A stretch of 64,000 nucleotides of DNA from an uncultured Pseudomonadota bacterium (GCA_949292335.1 CASEYY010000021.1:2455-66454), one strand, 5' to 3'; shown: positions 1 to 10,536, counted from the stretch's first letter. Made by a program: numbers and translations. Notes: generated by a model not told the origin, from the letters alone.

Positions 1-468
1 GAATTTCGGCAAATTTAGTTTGCTGAACACGGTATAGATAACCGCCAACACTTCGGCATCATAAACGATATTGAGTTCGTCGCGGTCGATTATATCGATA
101 TCGCATTGATAAAATTCTCTGAACCGACCTTTTTGCGGGCGTTCACCTCGGTAAACTTTGCCGATTTGGTAGCGTTTGAACGGGAAGGTGAGGTCGTTGT
201 TATAAAGAGCAATATACTTAGCCAGCGGCACGGTTAAGTCAAAACGCATGGCAATATCGGTATCGCCTTTTTTGAATTCATAGATTTGTTTTTCGGTTTC
301 GCCGCCGGATTTTGAGAGCAAAACTTCGGCCAATTCCAAAACCGGAGTATCCAACGGGGCAAAGCCAAAAAGCTCATAGGTATGAGCAATGACGGACTTC
401 ATATGATTAAATACGATTTGCTCCTGCGGTAACAGTTCCATAAATCCTTGCAGTGTACGAGCGGTCAT
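1..468 (-). CDS. hisS: histidine--tRNA ligase, N-terminal 156 codons (rest lies outside the window)
   Basis: My own translation of the minus strand from the ATG at 468 gives [17 protein letters not shown]...[31 protein letters not shown]. This is the class II motif 2 region typical of HisRS. A GGGAGA RBS lies upstream. Confidence 0.85.
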   Translation of the reverse strand, partial: MTARTLQGFMELLPQEQIVFNHMKSVIAHTYELFGFAPLDTPVLELAEVLLSKSGGETEKQIYEFKKGDTDIAMRFDLTVPLAKYIALYNNDLTFPFKRYQIGKVYRGERPQKGRFREFYQCDIDIIDRDELNIVYDAEVLAVIYTVFSKLNLPKF

Positions 469-570
469 TGCTGATATCTCCCATATTAAAAAAGTTAATT
501 TAGACAAAGCTAAAGTTACAGCTATTTTAGCTTATATGTCAAGCAACTTATGGCAAAAGTTTAACTTTTT

Positions 571-603
571 AAAACAAAAATCCCTGCCTAGTGAAAGGCA
601 GGG
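571..603 (-). terminator. rho-independent terminator of the 478-aa orphan gene
   Basis: On the minus strand, the stem ccctgcc/ggcaggg (582..588 / 597..603) is followed by atttttgtttt. Confidence 0.6.
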
Positions 604-619
604 TATAAGGGTTAAACAA

Positions 620-2056
620 TTATTTTTTTATAAATTGCCTCAGCTCAGGAGCCAAGGCTTTATTTTTGCCTATCAGCAGAGCTTCATACTGCTCGGGGGT
701 AAGACCTTGCTTCTCAGCAAAAGTTTTTACTGCCTCATTGGTTCCCTCTTTTAATAACTTCAAAGAATGATAGCTATCATAGAAACCGTTTTGGGCAAAA
801 ATCACTTGCCAGCCGGTAAAGGAAAATGTTGCCGCTTGTAATCCGGCACTAATTTTGGCCAGATTTTTAATGGTCTGAATATTTTCATATTTTCGACCAT
901 TTTGCTCAAACACAACAATTTCTTTGAACCAAGAAAGCTGAGCTTCTTCCTCCAGAATATCAAGCAAATTTTGCTTGAGTTTTGGAGATGTGGCATCAAG
1001 CAAATGTTGACTCAGTTTCCCTGCACGAGCCAGAGCGTATAGCAACCACTCTTTCTGATTTTCCGAGAGATATTTGTAATCCATTTCCGGAATCATATCT
1101 AATCGGTGCTCGATTTGGCATAGCTTCAAATTTTGCTCTTTTATCTTATCGTCAGATAAAAATGCAAAATCCTTTGGCATTGCAACACCGCTCTCAACCA
1201 TTTTGGTCACAGCCGTTTGATAGCAATTACAGCTCTTAGGCAGCAAGGAGAATATTTCCTTTGCTTTGCTGATTTGCTTTGCCTTCAAAGCTCGAACGAG
1301 CAACTGCAGCAACAAATCATACCTACCAATATTTTTTAGATGGGTAGAGATCTTATCTGCGACGGTCAAGACATCTGCTTTAGCCAGCCACTGGTGGAAT
1401 CCATCAAGCTTCATTAGCTCCTCCGGTGCAATGGTTGGCTTATATTGCGTATAATCCATGAGGATTAACTGCAATACCTTGGCTGCCATCGCTGCGTTGC
1501 TGCTCGCTGTTTTTATATTTTGCAGCAGCAATTTGTCCAGCTTTGCTGCGATCTCATACGCTTTATCAGCGTTGAGAAAAATAAGAAGACGCCCAACTGC
1601 CTCTGTGCTCAGCTTACCTACAACCTCAGCCGTAAAGCTGCGTGGTTGTTTGTACCACAGCACGTCTACATACCCGCAAGCGTCGTTGCAGACTTTTATG
1701 ACCTCTTCGCCAGATAGCGTATAAGTCTTACACTTGACAGCCCGCTCTCTGGTTAGCGTATTGTTATAAGCCACCCAGAATTCTTTGGACGAAAAAATTT
1801 CATCCAAAAAATAATGATACTTGTCCTGCGATGCAAGACATGCCTCTCTGGTTTCGGGCGACCAGATTCTAGCCTTCACCCATTCGCTCTGGGGAAGTTT
1901 GCTCAATATTTTCATCTCTCTTTTATGTGAGAGCTGAAAATAATCGGCATAGTCGTTCACTCTGAGGGTGTGTTTCATTGCCCACATTGGGAACAATTTA
2001 ACAACCGGGGCTACGATTGAGATAGTAATCTCCTTAACTAAATTTTTTGAATTCAT
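620..2056 (-). CDS. hypothetical protein, 478 aa, predicted mostly helical, no recognisable domain
   Basis: Long ORF with its own terminator and a divergent promoter region upstream. No motif that I recognise. Confidence 0.7.
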   Translation of the reverse strand: MNSKNLVKEITISIVAPVVKLFPMWAMKHTLRVNDYADYFQLSHKREMKILSKLPQSEWVKARIWSPETREACLASQDKYHYFLDEIFSSKEFWVAYNNTLTRERAVKCKTYTLSGEEVIKVCNDACGYVDVLWYKQPRSFTAEVVGKLSTEAVGRLLIFLNADKAYEIAAKLDKLLLQNIKTASSNAAMAAKVLQLILMDYTQYKPTIAPEELMKLDGFHQWLAKADVLTVADKISTHLKNIGRYDLLLQLLVRALKAKQISKAKEIFSLLPKSCNCYQTAVTKMVESGVAMPKDFAFLSDDKIKEQNLKLCQIEHRLDMIPEMDYKYLSENQKEWLLYALARAGKLSQHLLDATSPKLKQNLLDILEEEAQLSWFKEIVVFEQNGRKYENIQTIKNLAKISAGLQAATFSFTGWQVIFAQNGFYDSYHSLKLLKEGTNEAVKTFAEKQGLTPEQYEALLIGKNKALAPELRQFIKK

Positions 2057-2288
2057 AATATAAAAAATTAAAAAATTAAAAAATATCTCGCACGATTTTC
2101 GTACAAGAGCCTCAAAACTACCGTAACCTCAATTTGTCAAAACCCGATGTTTTCCCGCTTAATATACAAGCAAAAAGACAGCAAATCCCTTCAAACTAAT
2201 AATCACAATAATTTCAAAACAAGGGTAATATACCATTTTTGTCCAAATGTGTCAATGTATAAATGTCGGATTTCTTGCAAAAAAATCT

Positions 2289-2297
2289 TGGTATGAT
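2289..2297 (+). promoter_or_regulatory. candidate extended -10 promoter (TGgTATGAT) for the Asd-like gene
   Basis: tggtatgat lies about 60 nt upstream of the ATG at 2359. No good -35 at 17-nt spacing. Confidence 0.3.
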
Positions 2298-2358
2298 GAA
2301 AAAAAGGTGCTATAGCTGGTTGCATGGATTGTTTAAGGTACAATAAGAAGATTTTTAG

Positions 2359-3357
2359 ATGATAAAATACGCAATTATCGGTTATCATAATACCTTGGCC
2401 AAAAATATATTAAAATTGCTTGATGGTCGCGGTAGTGACATCGGCGAAGTCGCGGTATTTGATGCCAAAGTGCAGGGTGAGCCTAAAGTTTCATATGGTG
2501 AAAGCGGGGAGCTTACGGTTCATGCAATCGAAGATTTATCAACCGCCGAGGCCGTGATTTTTACCTCACACGATAATTTAGCCGCTCGGTATGCAGTTAA
2601 ATTCGCTTCTGCCGGAGCCAAAGTGATAAATGCCACCAATGCTTTGGAGGGAGAATCAGATATTCCGATGATAGTCGGCGGAGTTAATGACAATGCTTTG
2701 GAACAAGCCGCCAAAGGGATAGTAAATGTTCCTAATCCTTTAGTTACCATGCTTTTGGGCGGAGTAGCGGAATTGGCGGTTAAATATCAAATCAAATCCG
2801 TACGAGCCACTGCTTTGGTTGCCGCCGATATTGAGGGACAAGACGGTATGAGCGAATTATACAACTCAACTCGTCGTATTTTGATGAATGATATCACCGG
2901 AAATGCTGATGGCTTGTTTCACAAGACTTTAGCCTTTAATGTTATTCCGCAGGTAAGTTCTTTTATCGGCGAAGAAACCTTTACCGAATGGGCTTTTAAT
3001 TCGCAAATCAAACAAGTTTTGGGCGGTGATGTCAAAGTTCATGTCAATGCCGCCTTGATTCCGTCTTTTGTCGGTGCCGGAATTTATGCCGATATTGAAA
3101 CTTTTGCCGATATTGATGCCGGAGAGGTCGAAGAAGATATCAAAAAGACCAAAGGTGTTTTGGTTATTAATCGCCAAGAAGACGGCGGCTATGCATCTTT
3201 GACCGATGTCCAAGGCGAAAGCAGTATTTTTGTAAGCCGTATCAGACAAGATATGACGGTAGAAAACGGCATTAGCCTATGGTTGGCCGGTGATTATTGG
3301 CAGGTTGCGGCTCAGAATATTTTAGCAGTGTTAAAACAGTTTTTGAAAAGGAAATAA
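2359..3357 (+). CDS. aspartate-semialdehyde dehydrogenase family protein, apparently non-catalytic
   Basis: Asd-like along its whole length (C-terminal SRIRQD...LWLAGDYWQVAAQN compares with RIR.D...LW.V.DNLRKGAA.N). The Cys nucleophile motif, the His motif and the glycine-rich NADP loop are all replaced. Confidence 0.8.
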   Translation: MIKYAIIGYHNTLAKNILKLLDGRGSDIGEVAVFDAKVQGEPKVSYGESGELTVHAIEDLSTAEAVIFTSHDNLAARYAVKFASAGAKVINATNALEGESDIPMIVGGVNDNALEQAAKGIVNVPNPLVTMLLGGVAELAVKYQIKSVRATALVAADIEGQDGMSELYNSTRRILMNDITGNADGLFHKTLAFNVIPQVSSFIGEETFTEWAFNSQIKQVLGGDVKVHVNAALIPSFVGAGIYADIETFADIDAGEVEEDIKKTKGVLVINRQEDGGYASLTDVQGESSIFVSRIRQDMTVENGISLWLAGDYWQVAAQNILAVLKQFLKRK

Positions 3358-3360
3358 AAT

Positions 3361-5784
3361 ATGAAAAAATATTTATGTAATTTAGCGGTTGTTTTAACAC
3401 TTTTTTTGATGTCTTTCCAAAGTTATGCCGCCAGCCAGATTGATAATATCGGCTATAATCTGAGTTATCGTGAGATATCCGAAAGCTTAAATAAAATCGA
3501 GCAGTTGATGCGAGCAGAAAATCCCGATATCAATGAGTTGGTGGATAAAATATCTTATTTTAACTACACTTTGAATGATTTGAACGAAAGTCGTAAAAGC
3601 ATTAATGAGAGGGTCAAATCCACCGAAAAGAAAATCGAAGCTTTGGGTGTGGTCGACGACAATCTTCCCGAAGCCAAGATAATTGCCCAAAAACGTGCGG
3701 AATACCGCCAAATTTTATCTGATGAGAAAACTCGTATTTCCGAAATTGATTTGTTACGCACCCGCATAGAAGAAATTAATATGCGGATTTTTGATATGCG
3801 TAACCAAAAACTGTGGGGCAATTTGTTTCATTCCGAAGGTGTTTTGATAAGGCCTTCGGTATTTTGGAAATCTAATCAGGAGCTTTGGAATTTCGGCGTT
3901 GATATTATTAAATCTCCTTTTATTTGGTATTCTGAGCTCACCGAGGCTCAACAAAAAGATGTCGGCGAGAATTTATCTACTTTGTTTATTATCATAACCC
4001 TCATCAGTATTTTAGGTTATTACTCACGCCGCTTTGTCATCAAACATTGGGGCTATCGTGCCGATGTCGAAAGTCCGCGTCTGGGACGCAAAATTTTGGC
4101 AGCTTTTGCGGTATGGTGTGCTTATGGTATAATTCCCACGGCAATAATCGGATTTTGCTTATATTGGATTGTTGAATCAACCCTGCTGACTAAAGGGTTC
4201 TTTGGTGTCGTGTTGTCAAGTGCATTGTACTACTTGCTTTATATTATCATGGGTAGAGCCAGTTTCCGAGTAGTGTTTACGCCCTACAATGAAAGATGGC
4301 GTCTGATAAATATGCCGACCGACAAAGCAAAGAAACTAATCAGGGCAATTTATTTTACCATTGTTATCGTCGGTTTGTTTTCATTCTTGCAACATATAGT
4401 CATCAGCAAGAATTATTCTCTTGAATTATTATCCTATCTGTTTGCCATTTCCTCAAGTATCAAAGCCTTTTGTTTGTTACTGATTGCCTACATTTATTTT
4501 GTTCCCGAACAAGTGGAAGAAGTAGTCGAGGAAGAGGGAGAAGAAAATATCAACGAAAACGACGGTCAAACATTCAAGCTCGGAATGTTGATAAGCTTAT
4601 TCTCCCTGTTTATTGTAGGACTGTCGCTGTTTGGCTATTCGAGATTGGCATCTTTTATAATTGATCACACAATAATTACGGCAATAGTGATTGCAGTATA
4701 CAGCATTTTGCGTCGTTTGGTTTATGATATGGTGCAACACATTTTATTGATGGGGTTGTGGGTTAAAACTTTCCGTATGCGGCGGATGTTTTTGCGGAAG
4801 ATAGATTTTTGGTTTGGAATTATAGCCGAACCGATATTGATGTTATTACTTGTCGCCATTCTTTTGCTCATTTGGGGAGTGCCGTTTGATGTACTGCAGA
4901 CCGTGACCTACCGAGCAATATCGGGATTTAAGGTCGGCGGGGTAGAGATTTCACTGATTTCAATTTTCTGGGGCATAATAGCTTTTGTTATCTGCTTATG
5001 GATAATTAAGTTTATCAGATATCGTATAGAGTTTAGACTGCTCGAAAAAACCAATATAGATGCCGGTACCAAGCATTCTCTAGCTTCAGGCTTTGCCTAC
5101 ATTGGTTATGTCCTTTCAGGCTTGTTATCAATCGCAATTATGGGTGGTAACTTAACTAACATTGCTTTAATCGCCGGTGCTTTATCGGTTGGTGTCGGCT
5201 TAGGTTTGCAAGATATTGTAAATAACTTTGTTTCCGGCATTGTCATGTTGTTTGAACGTCCGATAAAAGTCGGCGATTGGGTCGTAATTAACGGTGAAGA
5301 AGGACAGATTAAGCAAATTAACATTCGTTCCACCGAGATAGAAACATTTAATCGAGCCAGTGTGATTATTCCCAACTCTAAAGTATTGTCAAATTCGGTC
5401 ACCAATTTAACTCACCAAAATAACTGGGTAAGATACTCAATAACCATTGGTGTCGCTTACGGAACCGATGTTGAGTTGGTAAAGAGGGTTTTATTGGAAT
5501 GTGCGGCAACACATAGTCGGGTTGTAAAAAAGCCGGCTCCGTATGTTTTGTTTAAGGATTTTGGCGAGAGCAGTTTGGATTTTGAGTTAAGATTTTATGT
5601 TAATGATATATGGAACGGTTGGAGTGCTCCGAGCGATATCAGATACATAATTAATCGTCGCTTTATAGAAGAGGGCATAGAAATACCATTTAAGCAGATG
5701 GTTATTCACCAGGGAAGCACGGTTGCTCAACAAACCGAAGCACAGTTCTATGCCAAGAAAAAGGAAGACAAAGATGTTGATTAG
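3361..5784 (+). CDS. mechanosensitive ion channel family protein (MscS domain, MscK/MscM-like long form)
   Basis: Signal peptide, a coiled-coil periplasmic part and multiple TM helices. The C-terminal MscS core reads GALSVGVGLGLQDIVNNFVSGIVMLFERPIKVGDWV. Confidence 0.9.
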   Translation: MKKYLCNLAVVLTLFLMSFQSYAASQIDNIGYNLSYREISESLNKIEQLMRAENPDINELVDKISYFNYTLNDLNESRKSINERVKSTEKKIEALGVVDDNLPEAKIIAQKRAEYRQILSDEKTRISEIDLLRTRIEEINMRIFDMRNQKLWGNLFHSEGVLIRPSVFWKSNQELWNFGVDIIKSPFIWYSELTEAQQKDVGENLSTLFIIITLISILGYYSRRFVIKHWGYRADVESPRLGRKILAAFAVWCAYGIIPTAIIGFCLYWIVESTLLTKGFFGVVLSSALYYLLYIIMGRASFRVVFTPYNERWRLINMPTDKAKKLIRAIYFTIVIVGLFSFLQHIVISKNYSLELLSYLFAISSSIKAFCLLLIAYIYFVPEQVEEVVEEEGEENINENDGQTFKLGMLISLFSLFIVGLSLFGYSRLASFIIDHTIITAIVIAVYSILRRLVYDMVQHILLMGLWVKTFRMRRMFLRKIDFWFGIIAEPILMLLLVAILLLIWGVPFDVLQTVTYRAISGFKVGGVEISLISIFWGIIAFVICLWIIKFIRYRIEFRLLEKTNIDAGTKHSLASGFAYIGYVLSGLLSIAIMGGNLTNIALIAGALSVGVGLGLQDIVNNFVSGIVMLFERPIKVGDWVVINGEEGQIKQINIRSTEIETFNRASVIIPNSKVLSNSVTNLTHQNNWVRYSITIGVAYGTDVELVKRVLLECAATHSRVVKKPAPYVLFKDFGESSLDFELRFYVNDIWNGWSAPSDIRYIINRRFIEEGIEIPFKQMVIHQGSTVAQQTEAQFYAKKKEDKDVD

Positions 5785-7090
5785 AGATTTAGCAGGTAAA
5801 AACATTATCATTTGGGGTATGGGAACCGAGGGTAAGGCGGTTAAGGATTATCTTGCCAAACACAATTTGGGTAAGAATGTATACGAATATAATGATACCG
5901 ATGGTTTTGCCCAGTTGCAAGAGTTGGTATCAAAGAGTGATGTTTTGGTACGTTCTCCGGGGGTTAGCATATACAAGCCGGAGTTTAAGGAGATAAGAGA
6001 TAAAATAGCGGTTACCTCGAGTACCAATTTATTTTTGGCCGAGATGAAAGCCAATCATCCGCAAACCAAGGTGATAGGTGTTACCGGTTCTAAAGGAAAA
6101 TCGACCAGTGTCAGCATGATGTACCACATGATGAAGTCTTTAGGATTGAAAGTAGGACTTGGCGGTAATATCGGCAAAGCGCTGATTGAATTGGCAGATG
6201 ATGACAATGATTATGTGATATGCGAGATATCGAGTTATCAGGCATCTGATTTGGAAAATTCGCCTGATATTGTAATGTTTACCAATTTGTTTTCGGTACA
6301 TACCGATTGGCACGGAGGTCACGAAGGCTATTGTCGTGATAAGGTGCATTTGGCATTTAAGGCACAAACCGCGGTGGTAAATGTGAATAATCCAGAGTTA
6401 ATGAAATATAGTGCAAATTTACCTCACCGAGTGTTTTATGGGGATAAAGAAGGATTTTATGCCATAGATAAGGAGCTGTACCATAAAGGTGAAGCGGTTT
6501 GTAATATAGATAGCTTAAAAATCAGCGGCAATCACAATATGGAAAATTTGGCCGGAGTGGTTACGGTTTTGGATATATTAGGGCTTGATTGGAGTAAAGG
6601 GCTAAAAGCATTGCCCGAGTTTGAGCCGTTACCGCATCGTTTGCAAAAAGTCGGGGTTTATGGCGGAGTATTGTTTATCAATGACAGCATATCAACCGCA
6701 CCGGAGGCCGCTATCGGCGGAATGAAGAGTTTTGCCGATAAGATGGCAATTATCTCCGGAGGGATAGAAAATAAGCAAGACTATACCGAATATGCCAAAT
6801 TCATTGAGGCTAATCCCAAAGTTAAGGTTGCGGTAACATTGTTTCAATGCGGTCATCAGATTGCGGAAAGTATCAGGCAATATGTCAAAAGAAAAGATTT
6901 TGTTTTGATAGAAGCCGAAAATTTGCAACAGGCGGTGGATAAAGCCTATGACGAATTGACAAAGGTTGGAGGCAGTTTGGTATTGTTTTCCCCTACGGCT
7001 CCGAGCTTTGGATATTATAAGAATTTTATGGAACGTGGTGAAGATTTTATAAATTGTGTAAAAACGCTTGCCAAAAGCAAAAATTTATAA
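5774..7090 (+). CDS. murD: UDP-N-acetylmuramoylalanine--D-glutamate ligase
   Basis: Mur ligase P-loop GVTGSKGKSTS. Start chosen at MLIRDLAGKNIIIWGMGTEG (ATG 5774, AAGGAAG RBS at 5761..5767). It overlaps the channel gene's stop by 11 nt. Confidence 0.9.
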   Translation: MLIRDLAGKNIIIWGMGTEGKAVKDYLAKHNLGKNVYEYNDTDGFAQLQELVSKSDVLVRSPGVSIYKPEFKEIRDKIAVTSSTNLFLAEMKANHPQTKVIGVTGSKGKSTSVSMMYHMMKSLGLKVGLGGNIGKALIELADDDNDYVICEISSYQASDLENSPDIVMFTNLFSVHTDWHGGHEGYCRDKVHLAFKAQTAVVNVNNPELMKYSANLPHRVFYGDKEGFYAIDKELYHKGEAVCNIDSLKISGNHNMENLAGVVTVLDILGLDWSKGLKALPEFEPLPHRLQKVGVYGGVLFINDSISTAPEAAIGGMKSFADKMAIISGGIENKQDYTEYAKFIEANPKVKVAVTLFQCGHQIAESIRQYVKRKDFVLIEAENLQQAVDKAYDELTKVGGSLVLFSPTAPSFGYYKNFMERGEDFINCVKTLAKSKNL

Positions 7091-7110
7091 TAGAAGGTAA
7101 GGCGTCGTAA

Positions 7111-7246
<136 letters not shown>

Positions 7247-7414
7247 TTTGCGTTGCTAAAGTCTTGCTCGTAGGGCTCAAAGATTTCGCCAACTCGCTTC
7301 GGTCACCGCCCTTATAGAGCTTGCTTAACATTGCAAAAGCAAAGCCAAGCAAGCCGACAAGGGCGTAACCTGCGGTAAAAAAAGCCAATTACTTTTGGCT
7401 TTTTTTATCCTCGC

Positions 7415-7524
7415 CGCATTCGTAATGCTTAGGGTCGGTAGTTCGAGTCTACTAACCGGCACCATATATTTATTGAACAATATCCATATTTCTAAAAACT
7501 CCGAGGATGCAAATCCTCGGAGTT
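7415..7524 (+). repeat. direct repeat copy 2: 5'-truncated tRNA-Thr fragment (7415..7464) + spacer + hairpin
   Basis: Same sequence as 7138..7246, apart from a few changes in the variable-loop region and one in the spacer. It lacks the acceptor 5' strand and D arm. On the minus strand the hairpin is followed by ttttt, so it can terminate dut. Confidence 0.9.
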
Positions 7525-7559
7525 GATAAATCGTATCGATTCTAAAAAATTGCAAATTT

Positions 7560-8006
7560 CTAGTTTTTACCGCTGGAGCCAAATCCTTTTTCGCCTCGTT
7601 CGGTATCGGATAGTTCTGTTACCGATTCTATTAATGGTTTGTATACTGGGCAAATTACAATTTGGGCGATTCGGTATCCCGATTTAACTTCATAGTTTTC
7701 ATTGCTGAAATTCATAAGGTTTACCTTAATTTCCCCGCGGTATGACACATCAACCGTGCCGAGTTGAGCAATGATTCCTTCTTTAGTAAGCCCTGAACGC
7801 GGACGAATTTGCAGTTCGGCGGAAGTAAATTCATTTTTAGGATAATCCACAAGCTCCAAACATATACCTGTTGGTATTGTTGCAATACTTTTAGGTGGTA
7901 TTATCACGGATTCTTTTAAGTAAGCTCTCAAGTCATATCCGCTATCGTCAAACTTAGAGCAAAGTGGCGCAATATCAGGGCTTAGATACTTAACTTTTAG
8001 TTTCAT
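7560..8006 (-). CDS. dut: dUTP diphosphatase
   Basis: Motifs SGYDLRA, PRSGL, GTVDVSYRGE and C-terminal RGEKGFGSSG. Start placed at MKLKVKYL (ATG 8006, AAAGGA RBS). The ORF could extend to 8036. Confidence 0.9.
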   Translation of the reverse strand: MKLKVKYLSPDIAPLCSKFDDSGYDLRAYLKESVIIPPKSIATIPTGICLELVDYPKNEFTSAELQIRPRSGLTKEGIIAQLGTVDVSYRGEIKVNLMNFSNENYEVKSGYRIAQIVICPVYKPLIESVTELSDTERGEKGFGSSGKN

Positions 8007-8217
8007 TTTTATAGTCCTTTCATATAAATTTACCATATATTAACCTAAATGCTATACCCTGACAACAGTCAAATACGGATATAAACATACCAAAATATAC
8101 TTTTGATATAGTTTGAAACATTTTGTGATTTGGCTTTTGTAAAAAACTACAATAGGCTTCTCACATAGTCCGTAGAGGCTATATGTTAAAATTTTAACAA
8201 ATTTAAGGAGAGTTTTT

Positions 8218-8997
8218 ATGAAATTTAGAACAATGTTGCTTGCTTCTGCAGCTGTTATGTTTACTTCATCAGCTTTTGCTGCTGATATCACAAACCCGTT
8301 CTTCTTGCCGACTACCGGTAAAGTATTGTCTGACACTTCCGTTGAAATGTCTCGTTTCAAAATGGACAATGGTGTTGAAAGTGTTGAGAAAAGCTTAAAA
8401 GCAACTGAACAAGTTACTGTTGGCTTGATGGATAACTTGGCTGTTGTTGGTACAATCGGTAATGAATTCGATGTAAATGAAGAATACAACAACGACCATA
8501 ACTTCTACTATGGTTTGGGTGTTAAATACAACCACAACTTCGGCAGAGTTTTGACTCAAGTTGGTTTCTCTTACAATACTTTTGATCCTCGTTCTTGGTA
8601 TGGCAAGAGCGGTGAGGGTACAGAATACAATACCAACCGTTGGGAAAAGATTTTGTCTGGTGAAGTAAAGTTGGGCTATGATATGGGTTGCGACTTTACT
8701 CCTTACACATCATTCACTATGAATGGTAACATTGACCAAGCTGACAGAGATCAAGAATATTCTTGGTATTTGGGTGCTCACAAAGCATGGACAAAGATGT
8801 CTGCTGATGCCGGCTTCCGTTATGACTTCGGTTCTAGTGAATATGACGAAGCTTGGTATGTTGAATTGGCTGCTAACTACTTCGTAAGCGACAATGTAAC
8901 CGTTGGTGCTTTCGGTGATTACTATCTTGGTGGTGAAGGCCACAAAGATGTAGACTATGGCTACACCTTCGGCTTGAATGCTAAAGTATTGTTCTAA
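8218..8997 (+). CDS. outer-membrane beta-barrel protein (porin-like), 259 aa
   Basis: Signal peptide MKFRTMLLASAAVMFTSSAFA. Alternating aromatic/Gly-rich strands, C-terminal ...NAKVLF, a strong AAGGAG RBS and its own terminator. Confidence 0.75.
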   Translation: MKFRTMLLASAAVMFTSSAFAADITNPFFLPTTGKVLSDTSVEMSRFKMDNGVESVEKSLKATEQVTVGLMDNLAVVGTIGNEFDVNEEYNNDHNFYYGLGVKYNHNFGRVLTQVGFSYNTFDPRSWYGKSGEGTEYNTNRWEKILSGEVKLGYDMGCDFTPYTSFTMNGNIDQADRDQEYSWYLGAHKAWTKMSADAGFRYDFGSSEYDEAWYVELAANYFVSDNVTVGAFGDYYLGGEGHKDVDYGYTFGLNAKVLF

Positions 8998-9020
8998 TTT
9001 CTGAATAATATTTAAACATT

Positions 9021-9059
9021 AAAGGCGTTCTTTTTAATTTGAAAAGAACGCCTTTTTTC
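9021..9059 (+). terminator. rho-independent terminator
   Basis: aaaggcgttctttt / aaaagaacgccttt followed by a T-run. Confidence 0.75.
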
Positions 9060-9111
9060 TTGCTTTTAAGCGGCAAAATAATAAGATATCAGCTAATAAA
9101 AGGGAGGCTTT

Positions 9112-10536
9112 ATGATGAAAACAAATAAGACTTTGGCTGTTTTTTTATTATGCCACTTAATTATCTGGTCAATTTTACCTATTTTACTTCGACCAAATTT
9201 ACCTATGGATTCTGCCGAGGCTCTTATTTGGGGATTTATCGGCGAATGGGGAACTAATAAACATCCCCCGCTGTCTGGTTGGTTTGCTGCCTTTTTTTAC
9301 GATATTTTTGCTCACCCTTCATCACTATATGTTTTAAGCCAGTTGTTTATTATCGGTGGTTTGTTTTATGTATACAAGCTGGGTAAACTTTTTTTGAGTG
9401 AAGAAAAAGCGATTGTTTCGGGACTGGTGCTGGAAGGTATCGCTTATTACAGTCTGGTAACTCCCGAATATAATGTAAATATCATAGCTCTGATGTTGTG
9501 GCCTGCCGCAACTTATTATTTTACCAGAGCCATTAAAGAAGACAAACTTTATTTCTGGTTTATGTTTGGTGTTTTTGCCGGACTAAACATGATAAATAAA
9601 TATGTTTCAGGCATATTATTTGTATGTTTAGGAGCATTTATAATTTGCACTCAAGAGGGCAGAGCGAAGCTAAAATCTTGGAAGTTATATTTTGCTGCCA
9701 TGGTGGCAGCTTTGCTGATAGCACCGCATATTTGGTGGCTTTATGAGCACGATTGGTTTGTAATCGATTATTTCTTAAGCCGCTCCGGCGACGGCAAAGT
9801 TATGCCTTATGGCTTAGCACATATAGTTTATCCCATTAAGTTTATCGGCTCGCAAATTATGACTTCTGCTTTAGCTCTCATAATTTTGTTTGTTGCCTAC
9901 AAAAAATCGCCCAAAGAGGAAGTAAAAGTAAACAGTGGTGACAGAAGGTTGATTTTCTTTGCCGGAGTGTTGCCGGTTTTACTAATGGCAGCGATATCTT
10001 TGGTGCTTGGGATAAAATTACGCAGCATGTGGGGATCTCCGGTTATGTATATGCTCGGTATATGCTTTTTCACCTGGTTGCCGGTTGATATTAAAGCGAA
10101 CTATCAAGCTTTGATAAAATCATGCTACGGAGCATTATTGGCTTTTGCTCTTGCTTTTGGTTTGCAGTGCTTATTTACCGACAGTGCAAAATTTAATTTA
10201 GACGCCAAAGATTTTACTTCTGCAGTAAAGGGTAATGATTATCATTATGTCGGAGGAAGTGTATGGCTGGCGTCGACAATCGGAAGTTATGCCGATAACC
10301 ACCCCTCGGTGTTATTTATGATGTCGCCGCAAACCAATCCGTGGATTAATATGGCAGATGTCAAAAAACAAGGGATTTTGGTGGTCGAAGAAAATTTGTG
10401 GGCTTACCGCCAATATCAAAAAAACTTTACTAATTTGCCGGAACCTGATATATATTTACTCAAGGTTGAAACTCCGACCGGCAAAATAAAAGAATATCCG
10501 CTTTATTACGGCACTATCGCAGGAGAAAACAAATGA
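9112..10536 (+). CDS. GT39/ArnT-like polyprenyl-phosphate-sugar dependent glycosyltransferase
   Basis: Polytopic membrane protein with N-terminal LPMDSAEALIWG...NKHPPLSGWF, as in ArnT/PMT-family enzymes. AGGGAGG RBS. The start could be 9115. Confidence 0.8.
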   Translation: MMKTNKTLAVFLLCHLIIWSILPILLRPNLPMDSAEALIWGFIGEWGTNKHPPLSGWFAAFFYDIFAHPSSLYVLSQLFIIGGLFYVYKLGKLFLSEEKAIVSGLVLEGIAYYSLVTPEYNVNIIALMLWPAATYYFTRAIKEDKLYFWFMFGVFAGLNMINKYVSGILFVCLGAFIICTQEGRAKLKSWKLYFAAMVAALLIAPHIWWLYEHDWFVIDYFLSRSGDGKVMPYGLAHIVYPIKFIGSQIMTSALALIILFVAYKKSPKEEVKVNSGDRRLIFFAGVLPVLLMAAISLVLGIKLRSMWGSPVMYMLGICFFTWLPVDIKANYQALIKSCYGALLAFALAFGLQCLFTDSAKFNLDAKDFTSAVKGNDYHYVGGSVWLASTIGSYADNHPSVLFMMSPQTNPWINMADVKKQGILVVEENLWAYRQYQKNFTNLPEPDIYLLKVETPTGKIKEYPLYYGTIAGENK

